Of a DNA stretch of 64,000 bases, positions 10,431 to 21,100 are shown piece after piece. The stretch spans positions 12,075-76,074 of the forward strand of contig JBAXKF010000002.1 of assembly GCA_037137465.1 (NCBI GenBank), read 5' to 3'. Within the stretch, counting starts at the first letter, position 1, and each line of letters starts with the position of its first letter. The stretch is from Betaproteobacteria bacterium. Lineage in GTDB: Bacteria > Pseudomonadota > Gammaproteobacteria > Burkholderiales > Burkholderiaceae. The notes under the pieces are model-generated. The model was not told the origin of the DNA and searched no databases. It worked only from the letters and a program-made list of their open reading frames with translations. Made by a program: the position numbers and the translations under genes.

Positions 10431-11384
10431 TTAAATACTTGTTAAGATGAACCCATTCTGATTGGCACTAATTTGTCCAGTTACCCCAATTGGAAGCGTG
10501 ATTTTGTTCCGACAATGCCCAAAAGGCAGTTGATTAAGTATTTGAGTTTTGGCACCTATTCGTAACAATTCAGATTTTAAAAGCTCAATACATGAATGAA
10601 GGTCATAGCCAGCATCATGCGTACTGAGTTGATAACTTGAAAAATCACCGAAAATAATGGCTTGTTGAGTCTCTAATATACCTGCCTGAAGTAGTTGAAG
10701 AAGCATACGTTCAATACGATATGGGTGCTCATTAACATCTTCAATCACTAGTATTCCATTTTTAATGATTGATTTATCCGGAAAAAAAGCTGTTCCTAAT
10801 AAGCTGGCAATAATACTTAAGTTGCCTCCCCATAACAGGCCTTCGCATTCAAAGTGCTGGTTATCTAGATAAACTTGTTTGGCGTCTACGGCGGTGTTTA
10901 GGGGCTGATTTTGAACTACCTGTTGAAAGCTTTGCATGGTAAAACTTGAGATCTCATCCCTTTCACAACCAAAGTCGTAACTGAGCATGGGGCCAGAGTA
11001 GCTTTTACGCCCTTTTTTTGCCAACAAACCTATTTGTAGGGCAGTCAGATCACTATGACCAATAATCATGAGCCCTTTATCTACAGCAACGGCTAAGCTA
11101 TCCCAATCAATACCAGGTAATAAACGACTGATTCCATACCCTCCTCTAATTGCTAATGCAATACACGGCCCAATTGTCGCAATTAATTCCGGTAAGTGAT
11201 TGATTTCATTTAGTCTTTCTGTATCAGTCCCAGCAAATCTCTGAAATCCTCGTTGAGTACACTCTGTATTGTGGAGTTTGAACCCTTGCTCAAGTAGATA
11301 CTTATAGCCCCTATTAACAGCGTCCAGATCAATTGCTTTCCCAGAGGGGGCAAAACAAGCAATTGGTAATAAAGGGGTATTCAT
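10431..11384 (-). CDS. ldcA: LD-carboxypeptidase (S66 family)
   Basis: RGGYG, GHSD (Ser), EDVNEHPYRIERML (Glu), PFGH (His); adjacent to tadA. Confidence 0.92.
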   Translation of the reverse strand: MNTPLLPIACFAPSGKAIDLDAVNRGYKYLLEQGFKLHNTECTQRGFQRFAGTDTERLNEINHLPELIATIGPCIALAIRGGYGISRLLPGIDWDSLAVAVDKGLMIIGHSDLTALQIGLLAKKGRKSYSGPMLSYDFGCERDEISSFTMQSFQQVVQNQPLNTAVDAKQVYLDNQHFECEGLLWGGNLSIIASLLGTAFFPDKSIIKNGILVIEDVNEHPYRIERMLLQLLQAGILETQQAIIFGDFSSYQLSTHDAGYDLHSCIELLKSELLRIGAKTQILNQLPFGHCRNKITLPIGVTGQISANQNGFILTSI

Positions 11385-11393
11385 ACGAATATT

Positions 11394-11861
11394 TTACTCT
11401 TGGGTCAGTCGTTTATTTTTAAAGAAGTCTTTTAAAATTTCACCACACTCGTGGTCTAGAATTCCGCCTTCAATCTGACAATGATGATTAATCTGTTTGT
11501 TATCAAAGACATTTAAAACACTGGTTGCAACACCAGTTTTAGGGTCATTTGCACCATAAAATACTTTAGCAATTCGAGAGTTCATAATCGCACCCGCACA
11601 CATCAAGCAAGGCTCCAAAGTAACATAAAGACTTAAGTTTGGTAATCGGTAATTATTGAGTTGTATACCCGCTTTACGTAATACAACGATTTCAGCATGA
11701 GCGCTTGGGTCATTACTTTGAATCGGCATATTATGGCCACGAGCAATTTCCTGATTATCTTTTACTAAAACAGCTCCCACTGGAACCTCATCTTGTAAGG
11801 CTGCAATTTTCGCCTCATCTAAGGCGATGTTCATCCAATAGTGATGATCAGTCTGATTCAT
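11394..11861 (-). CDS. tadA: tRNA adenosine(34) deaminase
   Basis: EVPVGAV, HAE, EPCLMCAGA; probable start MNQTD at 11861. Confidence 0.95.
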   Translation of the reverse strand: MNQTDHHYWMNIALDEAKIAALQDEVPVGAVLVKDNQEIARGHNMPIQSNDPSAHAEIVVLRKAGIQLNNYRLPNLSLYVTLEPCLMCAGAIMNSRIAKVFYGANDPKTGVATSVLNVFDNKQINHHCQIEGGILDHECGEILKDFFKNKRLTQE

Positions 11862-12306
11862 CAAACACATCCGCCCAACAGTTGGGAGTTTCGAATAGTC
11901 GCAGTTGTTTTAGACGAATGCGTCCTTGGTATTGTTTTAAAAGGACTGGGGCTAAGATATCAAATGCAATTTTGGCTAAATTTTCCGCCGTTGGAATACC
12001 TTCGATGACTGTGGTTTTATGCCCAGGGATGGTATTTAAAAATTCAATCAGCGGAAGGTCACGATTCGATACAAAAAACGAGTGGTCCCATGGATCAATA
12101 ATGAATTCTTGGATGATTGCTTTGATATGAGCAAAGTCCATCATCATGCCTTCATCAGTAGCGCCAGTAGTATGTATCAGCTGACCTTGAAGAGTCACTT
12201 CGATTTGATAACGATGGCCATGTAAGTGGCGGCATTGCCCGAGGTGATTGGGTATGCGATGTCCTGCATCAAATTCCATTCGTCTAGTGATTTGAAAGAG
12301 TTGCAT
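11848..12306 (-). CDS. queD: 6-carboxy-5,6,7,8-tetrahydropterin synthase
   Basis: FDAGHRI...C..LHGHRY, WDH, PTAENLA, ETP. Confidence 0.92.
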   Translation of the reverse strand: MQLFQITRRMEFDAGHRIPNHLGQCRHLHGHRYQIEVTLQGQLIHTTGATDEGMMMDFAHIKAIIQEFIIDPWDHSFFVSNRDLPLIEFLNTIPGHKTTVIEGIPTAENLAKIAFDILAPVLLKQYQGRIRLKQLRLFETPNCWADVFDESD

Positions 12307-12314
12307 GTGTTTCT

Positions 12315-12980
12315 TTACGGTAAGTTTAAAAATTTATGCTGTTGAGTACTTAAACGCCATAGGGGGCGCTCTTTACATAACTCAATAGCGAGTTGGAGGT
12401 GCTTTGCTTGAGAAGGACTATCCATTGCTTGTAAAAAGAAATGTCGAAAATTCATTTGTTCAAAACGCTTTAATCGTTGCAAAATCAATTCTTTTTGAGG
12501 GATAAGCTCCTTTTGGGGAACTATGTACTTAATTTCATCAGCCTGAAGAACAAGCAAATCACTACCATCTTTCGGACTTACGCAAACCCAGTCAATCCCA
12601 TTTGGGGGAATAATCGTGCCATTAGTTTCTATAGCGATTTGAAATTGTTCTTCTTTCAGTATTTTTATCAGCTCTGGATCTAGTTGCAGTAGAGGCTCTC
12701 CCCCCGTAAAAACAACATAACGGTAGTTGTGAGAACGATTCATGGTGGTCCATTCTTTGACAATCGACGCCGCTAGCTCTTGTGCAGTACTAAATTTTCC
12801 ACCACCAGGGCCGTTGGTTCCGACAAAATCAGTATCGCAAAATTGACAAATAGCGTTAGCACGATCTTCCTCTCGTCCAGACCATAGATTGCATCCTGCA
12901 AATCGGCAAAAAACCGCGACTCGGCCAGCGTGTGCACCCTCACCCTGCAAGGTGCTAAAAATTTCTTTTACTGTATACAT
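12315..12980 (-). CDS. queE: 7-carboxy-7-deazaguanine synthase (radical SAM)
   Basis: EIFSTLQGEG, CX14CX2C cluster motif (CNLWSGREEDRANAICQFC), TGGEP, ETNG. Confidence 0.95.
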   Translation of the reverse strand: MYTVKEIFSTLQGEGAHAGRVAVFCRFAGCNLWSGREEDRANAICQFCDTDFVGTNGPGGGKFSTAQELAASIVKEWTTMNRSHNYRYVVFTGGEPLLQLDPELIKILKEEQFQIAIETNGTIIPPNGIDWVCVSPKDGSDLLVLQADEIKYIVPQKELIPQKELILQRLKRFEQMNFRHFFLQAMDSPSQAKHLQLAIELCKERPLWRLSTQQHKFLNLP

Positions 12981-13067
12981 AGGTATCTATTTTAAACTTG
13001 AACAAGGGTAATTATTTTTAATTGATAATAGGTAAAGACTTAGTCTAAAAAATACATTTGATAAGCG

Positions 13068-13856
13068 ATGACAAAAATAGAATCCACAGATCACATAAGA
13101 GCTAATTGCAAAGACGGAATTCTGGAATTAGAAATCTATCGACGTGACAAGAAAAATGCTTTAACAGAGGCTATGTATCAATCCTTAACTCAAAATATTC
13201 AATTTGCGTATATCAATCAAGACATTAGGGTTATTTATCTGCATGGTCAAGAGGACCTTTTTACCTCTGGAAATGATCTGAATGAGTTCGTTAAATTCAA
13301 TCCAAGCGAAGAATCTTGCGCCTTACAGTTTTTAAAAACAATCGCCAACTGTCCATTACCGATTGTGGTCGCTGTTGGGGGTGATGCTATTGGAATTGGT
13401 ACTACCCTACTTTTACACTGCGATCTAGTCATCGCCTCAACTCAGTCTAGGTTTCAATTACCATTTGTCAATTTAGGCTTATGTCCTGAAGGGGCTTCTA
13501 GCTACTTATTACCTATTCAGGCTGGCCATAAATTAAGTAATGAACTGTTATTGCTGGGGAATTCTTTTGATGCCTCAGTTGCGCATCAAGCAGGTTTGAT
13601 CAATTCGTCTTATCCAAAAGAGCAAATTTTGCAAAGAGGGCTCGAGATGTGTAAGCAATTGGTAAGTAAGCCCTATGATTCAATAATGTCCACAAAACGA
13701 TTACTCAAGCAACATCACCAAAAGAGCACCAATGATGCTCTGGAAACCGAGTTTTCAGAGTTTCTTCATTTGTTGCAACAACCAGCCGCAAAAGAAATCC
13801 TCCGTGCTTTTTTAGAAAAAAAAGCTCCCAATATACCCATTTCTAAACTCCATTAA
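13068..13856 (+). CDS. Crotonase-family protein, likely enoyl-CoA delta-isomerase type
   Basis: FTSGNDL oxyanion loop; GIGTTLLLHCD and LPFVNLGLCPEG (lacks the two hydratase Glu, has the isomerase-type Glu). Confidence 0.8.
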   Translation: MTKIESTDHIRANCKDGILELEIYRRDKKNALTEAMYQSLTQNIQFAYINQDIRVIYLHGQEDLFTSGNDLNEFVKFNPSEESCALQFLKTIANCPLPIVVAVGGDAIGIGTTLLLHCDLVIASTQSRFQLPFVNLGLCPEGASSYLLPIQAGHKLSNELLLLGNSFDASVAHQAGLINSSYPKEQILQRGLEMCKQLVSKPYDSIMSTKRLLKQHHQKSTNDALETEFSEFLHLLQQPAAKEILRAFLEKKAPNIPISKLH

Positions 13857-13861
13857 TTGCT

Positions 13862-14317
13862 ATGTCCGAATTAACTATTCCAGAAGGCTTTTATCAACAC
13901 CCTATGTCTGAAAAAGCTGAGAAATTTCTCAGTCTACTAGGACCTTGGTACTTTAAAAACGCAGTCCATGAGAATGGGCGTGCAGAAAGAGTCTTTGGTA
14001 TTCATATTGAAGACAAACATACCAATATTTGGGGATCTGCGCATGGAGGAATGTTAATTTCGATGGCAGACTCTGCGCTTGGATATAACCTGTCTAGGGC
14101 AACGGACCCTCCTCAGAAATTAGTTACTGTTCATTTAAATGCTGACTTTATAGCCAGCCCAAAACCTGGTGATTGGGTTCATACAGAAATGAATATTCAT
14201 AAAATTGGTGCCAAAATGAGTTTTGCCGATTGTTATTTAAAAGTTGGTGAAAAGTTAATCCTCAGAACGAGTGGTGTTTTTGCTGTATTACAACGTCTTC
14301 AAAAAGTGAGTGCATAG
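13862..14317 (+). CDS. PaaI-family hot-dog thioesterase
   Basis: N.WGSAHGGMLISMADSALG. Confidence 0.85.
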   Translation: MSELTIPEGFYQHPMSEKAEKFLSLLGPWYFKNAVHENGRAERVFGIHIEDKHTNIWGSAHGGMLISMADSALGYNLSRATDPPQKLVTVHLNADFIASPKPGDWVHTEMNIHKIGAKMSFADCYLKVGEKLILRTSGVFAVLQRLQKVSA

Positions 14318-14795
14318 ATTAATGTCTACAGAAAAAGATATAAAGAAATTTTATTATTGGGAAGACTTTGTCAAAGGTCAAACGATTGAATGTGGCTCAC
14401 TGACGATTTCCGAATCCCAAATTATTGACTTTGCCAGTCAATATGATCCCCAACGTTTTCATGTGAATAAAGAAGCTGCCGAAGTAACGCAATTTAAAGG
14501 CCTTATTGCAAGCGGTTGGCAAACCGCTGCATTCATGATGCGTATGGTATGTGATAGCTTTATGGTTAGTTCTTCATCAGTTGGTTCCCCTGGAATTGAA
14601 AGCCTAAAATGGATAAAACCAATACGCCCTGGAGATACTTTAAAAACGATGGTTGAAATCTTAGAAACCAGACCTCTCAACAGTAAGCCTCATCTAGGAA
14701 TGATCTTATCTCGGTGGAGCTGCTATAACCAACATAATGAATTAACAACAACGATCGAAGCATGGAACATGTTTGAAAAACGGCCAAGTAATTAA
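14310..14795 (+). CDS. MaoC-family (R)-specific enoyl-CoA hydratase/dehydratase
   Basis: FASQYDPQRFH, IASGWQT, P.RPGD. Confidence 0.85.
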   Translation: MHRLMSTEKDIKKFYYWEDFVKGQTIECGSLTISESQIIDFASQYDPQRFHVNKEAAEVTQFKGLIASGWQTAAFMMRMVCDSFMVSSSSVGSPGIESLKWIKPIRPGDTLKTMVEILETRPLNSKPHLGMILSRWSCYNQHNELTTTIEAWNMFEKRPSN

Positions 14796-14801
14796 ATAAT
14801 C

Positions 14802-15533
14802 ATGCCAAAACTACATGTTCTAACCAATAAATCTGAGTTAAAAAAGGAGCAAATCAGCGATAAAGTCGTCATTGTTCTTGATATCCTCATCGCAACGAGT
14901 TCTATTGTGACTGCTTTAGCGAATGGTTGTAAAGAGGTCGTACCCGTCAGAAATTATGATGAGGCCTTGCTTTTACAACAACAAGAGCAATATCAAGGAT
15001 ATAAATTCTCTGGGGAACTCAATGCTGATACTTTGTCGGGTTTTATTCAACCTACACCTATTGCGCTTCTTGAAGCTGGCATGCAAGATTCGCGTTTAGT
15101 GTATTGCACAACTAATGGCACAGTTGCACTAACTGAGTGTAAAAATACCCAAAACACTTATGTGGGATCATTGTTGAATGCTCAGGCTGTAACCAATCAC
15201 CTTTTTAAAAATTATGCCAAGAGTAATATTTTGATTGTCTGCTCAGGCTCAAGTGATCAATTTAACATTGAGGATTTTTATGGCGCCGGATATTTTGTGG
15301 AGTGTTTATTAAATACTTTTCCTCATAACGCTTTACAACTATCTGATAGTGCAATGGCAGCGAAAATTTTTCATGACAGCGGTTCTTCAATTGATTTATT
15401 AAACCTTTCAAGAGTAGGCCAGCTTTTAAATAATAGAGACTGGCAACGTGAAGTAGTTTTTGCAGCACAAAAGGATATCTACCCTATAGTTCCTTATTTA
15501 ACATCCCAGGGAAACGTTGAGCTAATTACATGA
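14802..15533 (+). CDS. ComB-like (2-phosphosulfolactate phosphatase family) protein
   Basis: IVLDILIATSSIVTALANG, SGE, TTNGTVAL, GSLLNA, IVCSG...ED..GAG. Confidence 0.8.
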   Translation: MPKLHVLTNKSELKKEQISDKVVIVLDILIATSSIVTALANGCKEVVPVRNYDEALLLQQQEQYQGYKFSGELNADTLSGFIQPTPIALLEAGMQDSRLVYCTTNGTVALTECKNTQNTYVGSLLNAQAVTNHLFKNYAKSNILIVCSGSSDQFNIEDFYGAGYFVECLLNTFPHNALQLSDSAMAAKIFHDSGSSIDLLNLSRVGQLLNNRDWQREVVFAAQKDIYPIVPYLTSQGNVELIT

Positions 15534-16381
15534 GTAATCAAAATCTTCTATTAGATAATCGCACCGTTGTTATTACTGGTGCTGCTAGTGGCATTGGTTT
15601 AGAACTGGTTAAACAAGCAAACCTTCGGCAGATGAATATTGTATTGTCAGATATTAATTTCGATATGTTGCAAGAAGTGAAAGCGCAATTGAAACTTGTC
15701 GATAGTAAAACATTACTTGTTAAAACAGATGTGAGTCAAGAAGCTGATATTGCAAATCTTTGTAAATTAAGTTATGAGCGCTTTGATTCCGTTCAGTTGC
15801 TTTGTAATAATGCGGGCGTATGTTTAAACCGCTTAAGTTGGGAACATACTGCGGCAGACTGGGAGTGGTTAATTGGCGTCAATCTACATAGTGTTGCCCA
15901 CGCAATGCGGCATTTTGTACCTCACATGCTCAAACAATCCGAGAGATCTCATATTGTAAATACGGCATCTGTTGCTGGACTTATAAGCACTCCAGGTATG
16001 GCCGCCTATAGTGCATCAAAACATGGTGTTGTTACATTATCTGAAACACTGTATTACGAATTACAAGAATTAAAATCGAACATAGGGGTTTCTGTCTTAT
16101 GCCCTGCCTGGGTACCAACTCAAATACATCAGTCGCAGATAAATAGGCCTGAACGTTTTGGTCAACACCAAGATGCAAAGGATGAGCTCTCTATTGAATA
16201 TGAAAAGAATATGGCTCAAGCAGTTCAATCAGGCCGATTAACTGCTACCCAAATTGCTGAAGAAGTTTTTAAGGCTGTAGTTAAGAACCAGTTTTACATT
16301 ATTCCTCATCAACGAATTAATCCTTTGATTGAACGACGTATGCAATCTATTCTTTCGCTAACAAATCCCGAGGCTCTTTAA
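15530..16381 (+). CDS. Short-chain dehydrogenase/reductase
   Basis: TGAASGIG, NNAG, NTAS, YSASK. Confidence 0.92.
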   Translation: MSNQNLLLDNRTVVITGAASGIGLELVKQANLRQMNIVLSDINFDMLQEVKAQLKLVDSKTLLVKTDVSQEADIANLCKLSYERFDSVQLLCNNAGVCLNRLSWEHTAADWEWLIGVNLHSVAHAMRHFVPHMLKQSERSHIVNTASVAGLISTPGMAAYSASKHGVVTLSETLYYELQELKSNIGVSVLCPAWVPTQIHQSQINRPERFGQHQDAKDELSIEYEKNMAQAVQSGRLTATQIAEEVFKAVVKNQFYIIPHQRINPLIERRMQSILSLTNPEAL

Positions 16382-17377
16382 ATGACGATGAAAGCTCTAT
16401 TATGTGAATCCTTTGGACCCATAGCACAACTAAAAATTAAAGAACTTCAAGATCCAGCTCCCTTGGCTAATCAAGTTCTTGTTGAAGTAGCTTATGCTGC
16501 AGTTAATTTTCCAGATGCGCTCATGGTACAAGGTTTGTATCAAACTAAGCCTCCTTTTCCTTTTTCGCCCGGGCATGAAATATCCGGGATTATTAGTGCT
16601 CTTGGCAGTGATGTGAAAAATTTTAAAATTGGTGATCGCATATTCTGCGCACCAAGTTATGGTGGCTTTGCAGAGAAAATTGCAGTTGATGTCGACCGTG
16701 TAATACCTCTTCCAGACTCAATCCCTCTAGCTATGGGAGCAGCAATAACTTTAACGTATGGTACTTCTTTGCATGCTTTAAATAATGTGGCCAAACTGCA
16801 AGCAGATGAAACAATCCTTGTTTTGGGTGCATCAGGCGGCGTTGGTGCAGCCGCTATTGAATTAGCTAATGTCATCGGCGCGAAGGTAATTGCTTGCGCA
16901 TCATCGGATACGAAATTAGACTTTTGCAAAAGTCTTGGGGCTCATGAGTGCATTAATTATGAAAAAGAAGATTTAAAAACACGTATCAAAGAAATAACGC
17001 AGCAACGGGGTTGTGACGTTGTTTATGATCCCGTTGGTGGTCATTATTCGGAGATTGCACTACGCAGTTTAGCTTGGCGAGGTCGTCATTTAGTGGTTGG
17101 TTTTGCCTCTGGTGCGATACCGAAAATACCCCTGAATCTAGCATTGCTATCAGAAAGAAATATCATGGGAGTCTTCTGGGGTGACTGGATACGAAGGAAC
17201 CCAGATTTACATTTGCAAAATATGGACTTTATTATGGAGCTGATTCTACAAAACAAAATTAAGCCAATAATTACGAAAACGTTTGCTTTTCAAGATGCTG
17301 TAGAGGCAATAGAACACTTGGCATCACGACAAGCCATGGGTAAGGTAGTCGTTGCAATTAACCCCGACATATTGTGA
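16382..17377 (+). CDS. NADPH:quinone oxidoreductase-family (Zn-free MDR) reductase
   Basis: AVNFPD, PFSPGHE, GASGGVG, GFASG, GKVVV. Confidence 0.9.
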   Translation: MTMKALLCESFGPIAQLKIKELQDPAPLANQVLVEVAYAAVNFPDALMVQGLYQTKPPFPFSPGHEISGIISALGSDVKNFKIGDRIFCAPSYGGFAEKIAVDVDRVIPLPDSIPLAMGAAITLTYGTSLHALNNVAKLQADETILVLGASGGVGAAAIELANVIGAKVIACASSDTKLDFCKSLGAHECINYEKEDLKTRIKEITQQRGCDVVYDPVGGHYSEIALRSLAWRGRHLVVGFASGAIPKIPLNLALLSERNIMGVFWGDWIRRNPDLHLQNMDFIMELILQNKIKPIITKTFAFQDAVEAIEHLASRQAMGKVVVAINPDIL

Positions 17378-17405
17378 AGTAATGAATGATTAAAAGGAAA
17401 AACAT

Positions 17406-19496
17406 ATGGGACTCACTCAGATTGAGTTAAGTAATAGAGTTGCATTAATTACGATGAATCATCCTCCAGTGAACGGTTTGGGATATGCATTGCGAGTTTC
17501 TATTATTGAACGAATTCAAGAGGCATTACAAAACGATAGTGTTGGTGCAATTATCATTACAGGATCAGAAAAGGCTTTTTCAGGTGGCGCTGATATTAAA
17601 GAATTTGGCACTGTAAAGGCAATCACAGAGCCTCATTTGCAATCTGTCATTCGAGTTATTGAAAACTCTCCAAAACCTATTATTGCTGCTATACAAGGTG
17701 TTTGTATGGGCGGCGGATTTGAGTTGGCCTTAGGTTGTCATTACCGAGTAGCGCTCATGAGTGCATCTGTTGCGCTTCCTGAGATTAAATTAGGACTCAT
17801 TCCAGGAGCTGGCGGAACTCAGCGTTTACCTCGCGTCATTGGTGTTGAAAAAGCACTTAATTTTATTTTGTCAGGTGACCCTCTTCCTGCAATTACTTTC
17901 AAAGACTCGCCTTTGTTTGACGCTTTATACGAATCTAATTTGATTCATTGTGCAATTGAATTTGCTGAGCAATTGATTGATGAGAAAAAGCCACTCAAAA
18001 AAATACGTGACATACCTATAGACTATCCAAATTTTGAAAGTTTTTTGCAGTTCTCGCGTAACACAGTGAAAACAGTTGCTGCGCCTTATCCTGCAGCTCT
18101 TAAGGTGATTGATGCCATATCAGCAGCAATCACACTACCCTTTGAAAAAGGGATTATAAAAGAACGAGAATTTTTTCTTGATCTGATGAATACCTCGGTT
18201 TCTAGGGCAATGCGATATGCCTTTTTCGCCCAGAGAGGCACCGCTAAAATTGCTGATATTCCGTCTGATACCCCCCTTCGTGAGATAAAAAAAGTAGGTA
18301 TTGTTGGAGCTGGAACAATGGGTGGTGGTATCGCAATGAATTTTGTGAATATTGGTATCCCCGTCATTCTTCTTGAGACTTCCCAAGATAAACTTGATAA
18401 AGGTTTATTGACAATTCAATCCAATTATCAAAATACGGTTAAAAAAGGAAAACTAACCGTAGAAAAAATGCAAACCAGATTAAATCTTATTCAATCAAGC
18501 TTGAATTACAGTGATTTACAAGACGTGGATTTAGTCATTGAAGCGGTTTTTGAGGAGATTGGAGTTAAAGAAATTGTTTTCAAACAACTGGACATTGTCA
18601 TTAAACCTGGTGCAATATTAGCTACTAATACATCGACACTCGATGTCAACACAATTGCAAACTTTACCAAACGCCCGCAAGATGTCATTGGTATGCATTT
18701 TTTTAGTCCCGCCAATGTCATGCAACTTCTCGAAGTGGTTCGTGGTGAAAAAACTTCAAATGATGTCATTGCTACGGTCATGAAACTGGCTCAAAAAATC
18801 AAGAAAACACCTGTAGTATGTCGTGTTTGTGATGGTTTTATTGGCAACCGAATGGTTGAGCAATACTTACGAATGGCAGGATTTTTACTTGAACAAGGGG
18901 CAACACCTTGGCAAATTGATAAAGCCTTAGAGGATTTTGGCATGATTATGGGACCTTTTCGGATGAGTGATTTGGCCGGAAATGATATTGGTTGGGCTAT
19001 CCGTAAACGTCGATCTATTGAGCAACCTCTTTTGAAGTACTCTAAATTTGCTGATGTGATTTGTGAAGCTGGAAGATTCGGTCAAAAAACAGGTAAAGGT
19101 TGGTATGCCTATGAAAAAGGCAATCGTAAACCTCTACCAGATCCCGAGCTTGAGTCTATGCTGATTCAATTTAGAGCAGATCATGGATTTAAACCAAGAA
19201 AAATTTCTAATGATGAAATTGTGCAATTTTGTATCTTCGCTTTGATTAATGAAGGGGTACGAATACTTGAAGAAGGAATCGCTCAACGTGCTTCAGACAT
19301 AGATATTGTCTACCTTACAGGCTACGGATTCCCCGTTTACCGTGGTGGTCCCCTTAAATATGCGGATGAAATCGGACTATTTCAAGTAATACAAGTTTGC
19401 AATAAATTTTATCAATCCACTAATGACGTTTTTTGGAAACCAGCTCAGTTATTACAAGACTGCTTAGCCCAAACCAAATCACTCACAGGCTCATAA
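17406..19496 (+). CDS. Bifunctional enoyl-CoA hydratase / 3-hydroxyacyl-CoA dehydrogenase (FadB/PimF-like)
   Basis: Crotonase domain (FSGGADI, GGGFE, LPEIKLG); [10 protein letters not shown] Rossmann motif; [13 protein letters not shown]; GFIGNRM. Confidence 0.93.
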   Translation: MGLTQIELSNRVALITMNHPPVNGLGYALRVSIIERIQEALQNDSVGAIIITGSEKAFSGGADIKEFGTVKAITEPHLQSVIRVIENSPKPIIAAIQGVCMGGGFELALGCHYRVALMSASVALPEIKLGLIPGAGGTQRLPRVIGVEKALNFILSGDPLPAITFKDSPLFDALYESNLIHCAIEFAEQLIDEKKPLKKIRDIPIDYPNFESFLQFSRNTVKTVAAPYPAALKVIDAISAAITLPFEKGIIKEREFFLDLMNTSVSRAMRYAFFAQRGTAKIADIPSDTPLREIKKVGIVGAGTMGGGIAMNFVNIGIPVILLETSQDKLDKGLLTIQSNYQNTVKKGKLTVEKMQTRLNLIQSSLNYSDLQDVDLVIEAVFEEIGVKEIVFKQLDIVIKPGAILATNTSTLDVNTIANFTKRPQDVIGMHFFSPANVMQLLEVVRGEKTSNDVIATVMKLAQKIKKTPVVCRVCDGFIGNRMVEQYLRMAGFLLEQGATPWQIDKALEDFGMIMGPFRMSDLAGNDIGWAIRKRRSIEQPLLKYSKFADVICEAGRFGQKTGKGWYAYEKGNRKPLPDPELESMLIQFRADHGFKPRKISNDEIVQFCIFALINEGVRILEEGIAQRASDIDIVYLTGYGFPVYRGGPLKYADEIGLFQVIQVCNKFYQSTNDVFWKPAQLLQDCLAQTKSLTGS

Positions 19497-19516
19497 AATA
19501 TTCTGAGGAAGATATC

Positions 19517-20695
19517 ATGACAGATGCAGTAATAGTATCGACAGCGCGTACCGCATTAGCTAAGTCATGGCGAGGTAGCTTTAACATGACTCATGGCGCC
19601 GTTTTGGGTGGTCATGTAGTCAATGAGGCAGTTCGCCGCGCCAAAGTTGACCCAAATGAAGTTGAAGATGTCATTATGGGCTGCGCCAATCCTGAAGGTG
19701 CTACAGGACTTAATATCGCAAGACAAATTGCTCTTAAGGCGGGGCTTCCGGTATCTGTTGGCGGTGTCACGGTCAACCGCTTTTGTTCCTCGGGATTACA
19801 AGCTATCGCAATGGCTGCGCAACGTGTCATTGTCGATCAGGTCCCAGTGATGGTTGCTGGCGGCGTCGAGTCAATATCGTGTGTTCAATTAGAAATGAAC
19901 CAACACATGTTACTTGAACCTTCTTTGCAAAAATCTAAGCCTGAACTGTATTGGTCGATGCTCCAAACGGCTGAACAAGTTGCCAAGCGATATAGCATTA
20001 GCAAGGATCTTCAAGATGAATACGGCGTAAGAAGTCAAATTCGCGCAGCAAAAGCGCAAGAGCAAGGTCTTTTTCGGGATGAGATCGCGCCGATTAAAGT
20101 GACGATGGGTGTTGCTAATACAGATACAAAGATGTTATCGACACAAGAAGTCACAGTGAGTGAAGATGAAGGCATACGTCCAGACACTAATTTTGAAGGT
20201 GTTCAAAAAATCCGTTCTGCCCTGCCTGGTGGTGTGATCACCGCTGGTAACGCGAGTCAATTTTCTGATGGGGCTAGCGCTGCAGTAGTGATGAATGCCA
20301 AACTCGCAGAGAAAAAAGGTTTAGAACCTTTAGGGATCTTTAGAGGGTTTGCTGTTGCGGGATGTGAGCCTGATGAAATGGGGATTGGTCCAGTCTTTGC
20401 TATTCCTCGACTACTTGAAAGATCAGGCTTAAAAATGTCAGATATTGGTCTTTGGGAACTTAATGAAGCATTTGCTGTTCAAGTTCTTTATTGTCGAGAT
20501 AAATTAGGCATCCCCGATGAAATTTTAAATGTGAATGGTGGTGCAATTGCTGTTGGCCATCCCTATGGAGTTTCGGGTGCTAGGATGGTTGGCCATGCAT
20601 TAATAGAAGGTAAGCGCAGAAATGTTAAGTATGTTGTTGTTACGATGTGTGTTGGTGGTGGGCAAGGTGCCGCTGGTTTATTTGAGGTTTGTTAG
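19517..20695 (+). CDS. Acetyl-CoA C-acyltransferase (thiolase)
   Basis: Start at ATG 19517 after a gagga SD; NRFCSSG, NEAFA, GHPYG, CVGGGQG. Confidence 0.95.
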   Translation: MTDAVIVSTARTALAKSWRGSFNMTHGAVLGGHVVNEAVRRAKVDPNEVEDVIMGCANPEGATGLNIARQIALKAGLPVSVGGVTVNRFCSSGLQAIAMAAQRVIVDQVPVMVAGGVESISCVQLEMNQHMLLEPSLQKSKPELYWSMLQTAEQVAKRYSISKDLQDEYGVRSQIRAAKAQEQGLFRDEIAPIKVTMGVANTDTKMLSTQEVTVSEDEGIRPDTNFEGVQKIRSALPGGVITAGNASQFSDGASAAVVMNAKLAEKKGLEPLGIFRGFAVAGCEPDEMGIGPVFAIPRLLERSGLKMSDIGLWELNEAFAVQVLYCRDKLGIPDEILNVNGGAIAVGHPYGVSGARMVGHALIEGKRRNVKYVVVTMCVGGGQGAAGLFEVC

Positions 20696-20704
20696 GGTTT
20701 AATT

Positions 20705-21100
20705 ATGAAAAAAGAATACTTTGGTGTACATGTACCATTCATCGCTCATTTAGGGGTTGAGGCTAAAATCATTGCTGAAGGAGAAGTTGAGTCGGTGTTA
20801 GAGCTACAACCTCACCACTGTAATCCGCTTGGATACTCTCATGGTGGTGTCATGATGACTCTTCTTGATTTCACAATGGCGATGTCAGCAAAAACAAAGG
20901 CTAAACATACTGGAGTGGGTTTAACAATTGATATGTCGATTGTGTTTATGAAAGGCGGTCAAGATAAGTTGATCGTCAGGGGTAAAGTATTAAAAAGTGG
21001 AAGATCTATTCATTTTTGTGAAGCGTCTGCGTTTGATGTGACTGGTGAGATGGTTGCTAAGGCAATGGGTACTTTTAAGTTAGTGGATATAAAGTCATGA
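20705..21100 (+). CDS. PaaI-family hot-dog thioesterase
   Basis: N.LGYSHGGVMMTLLDFTM. Confidence 0.87.
   Translation: MKKEYFGVHVPFIAHLGVEAKIIAEGEVESVLELQPHHCNPLGYSHGGVMMTLLDFTMAMSAKTKAKHTGVGLTIDMSIVFMKGGQDKLIVRGKVLKSGRSIHFCEASAFDVTGEMVAKAMGTFKLVDIKS

Noticed and set aside
13034-13046. AGACT-T-AGTCT dyad upstream of the acyl-CoA cluster as a regulator site
   Set aside because: Only 5-bp arms and no regulator gene nearby; it cannot be distinguished from chance without comparative data.
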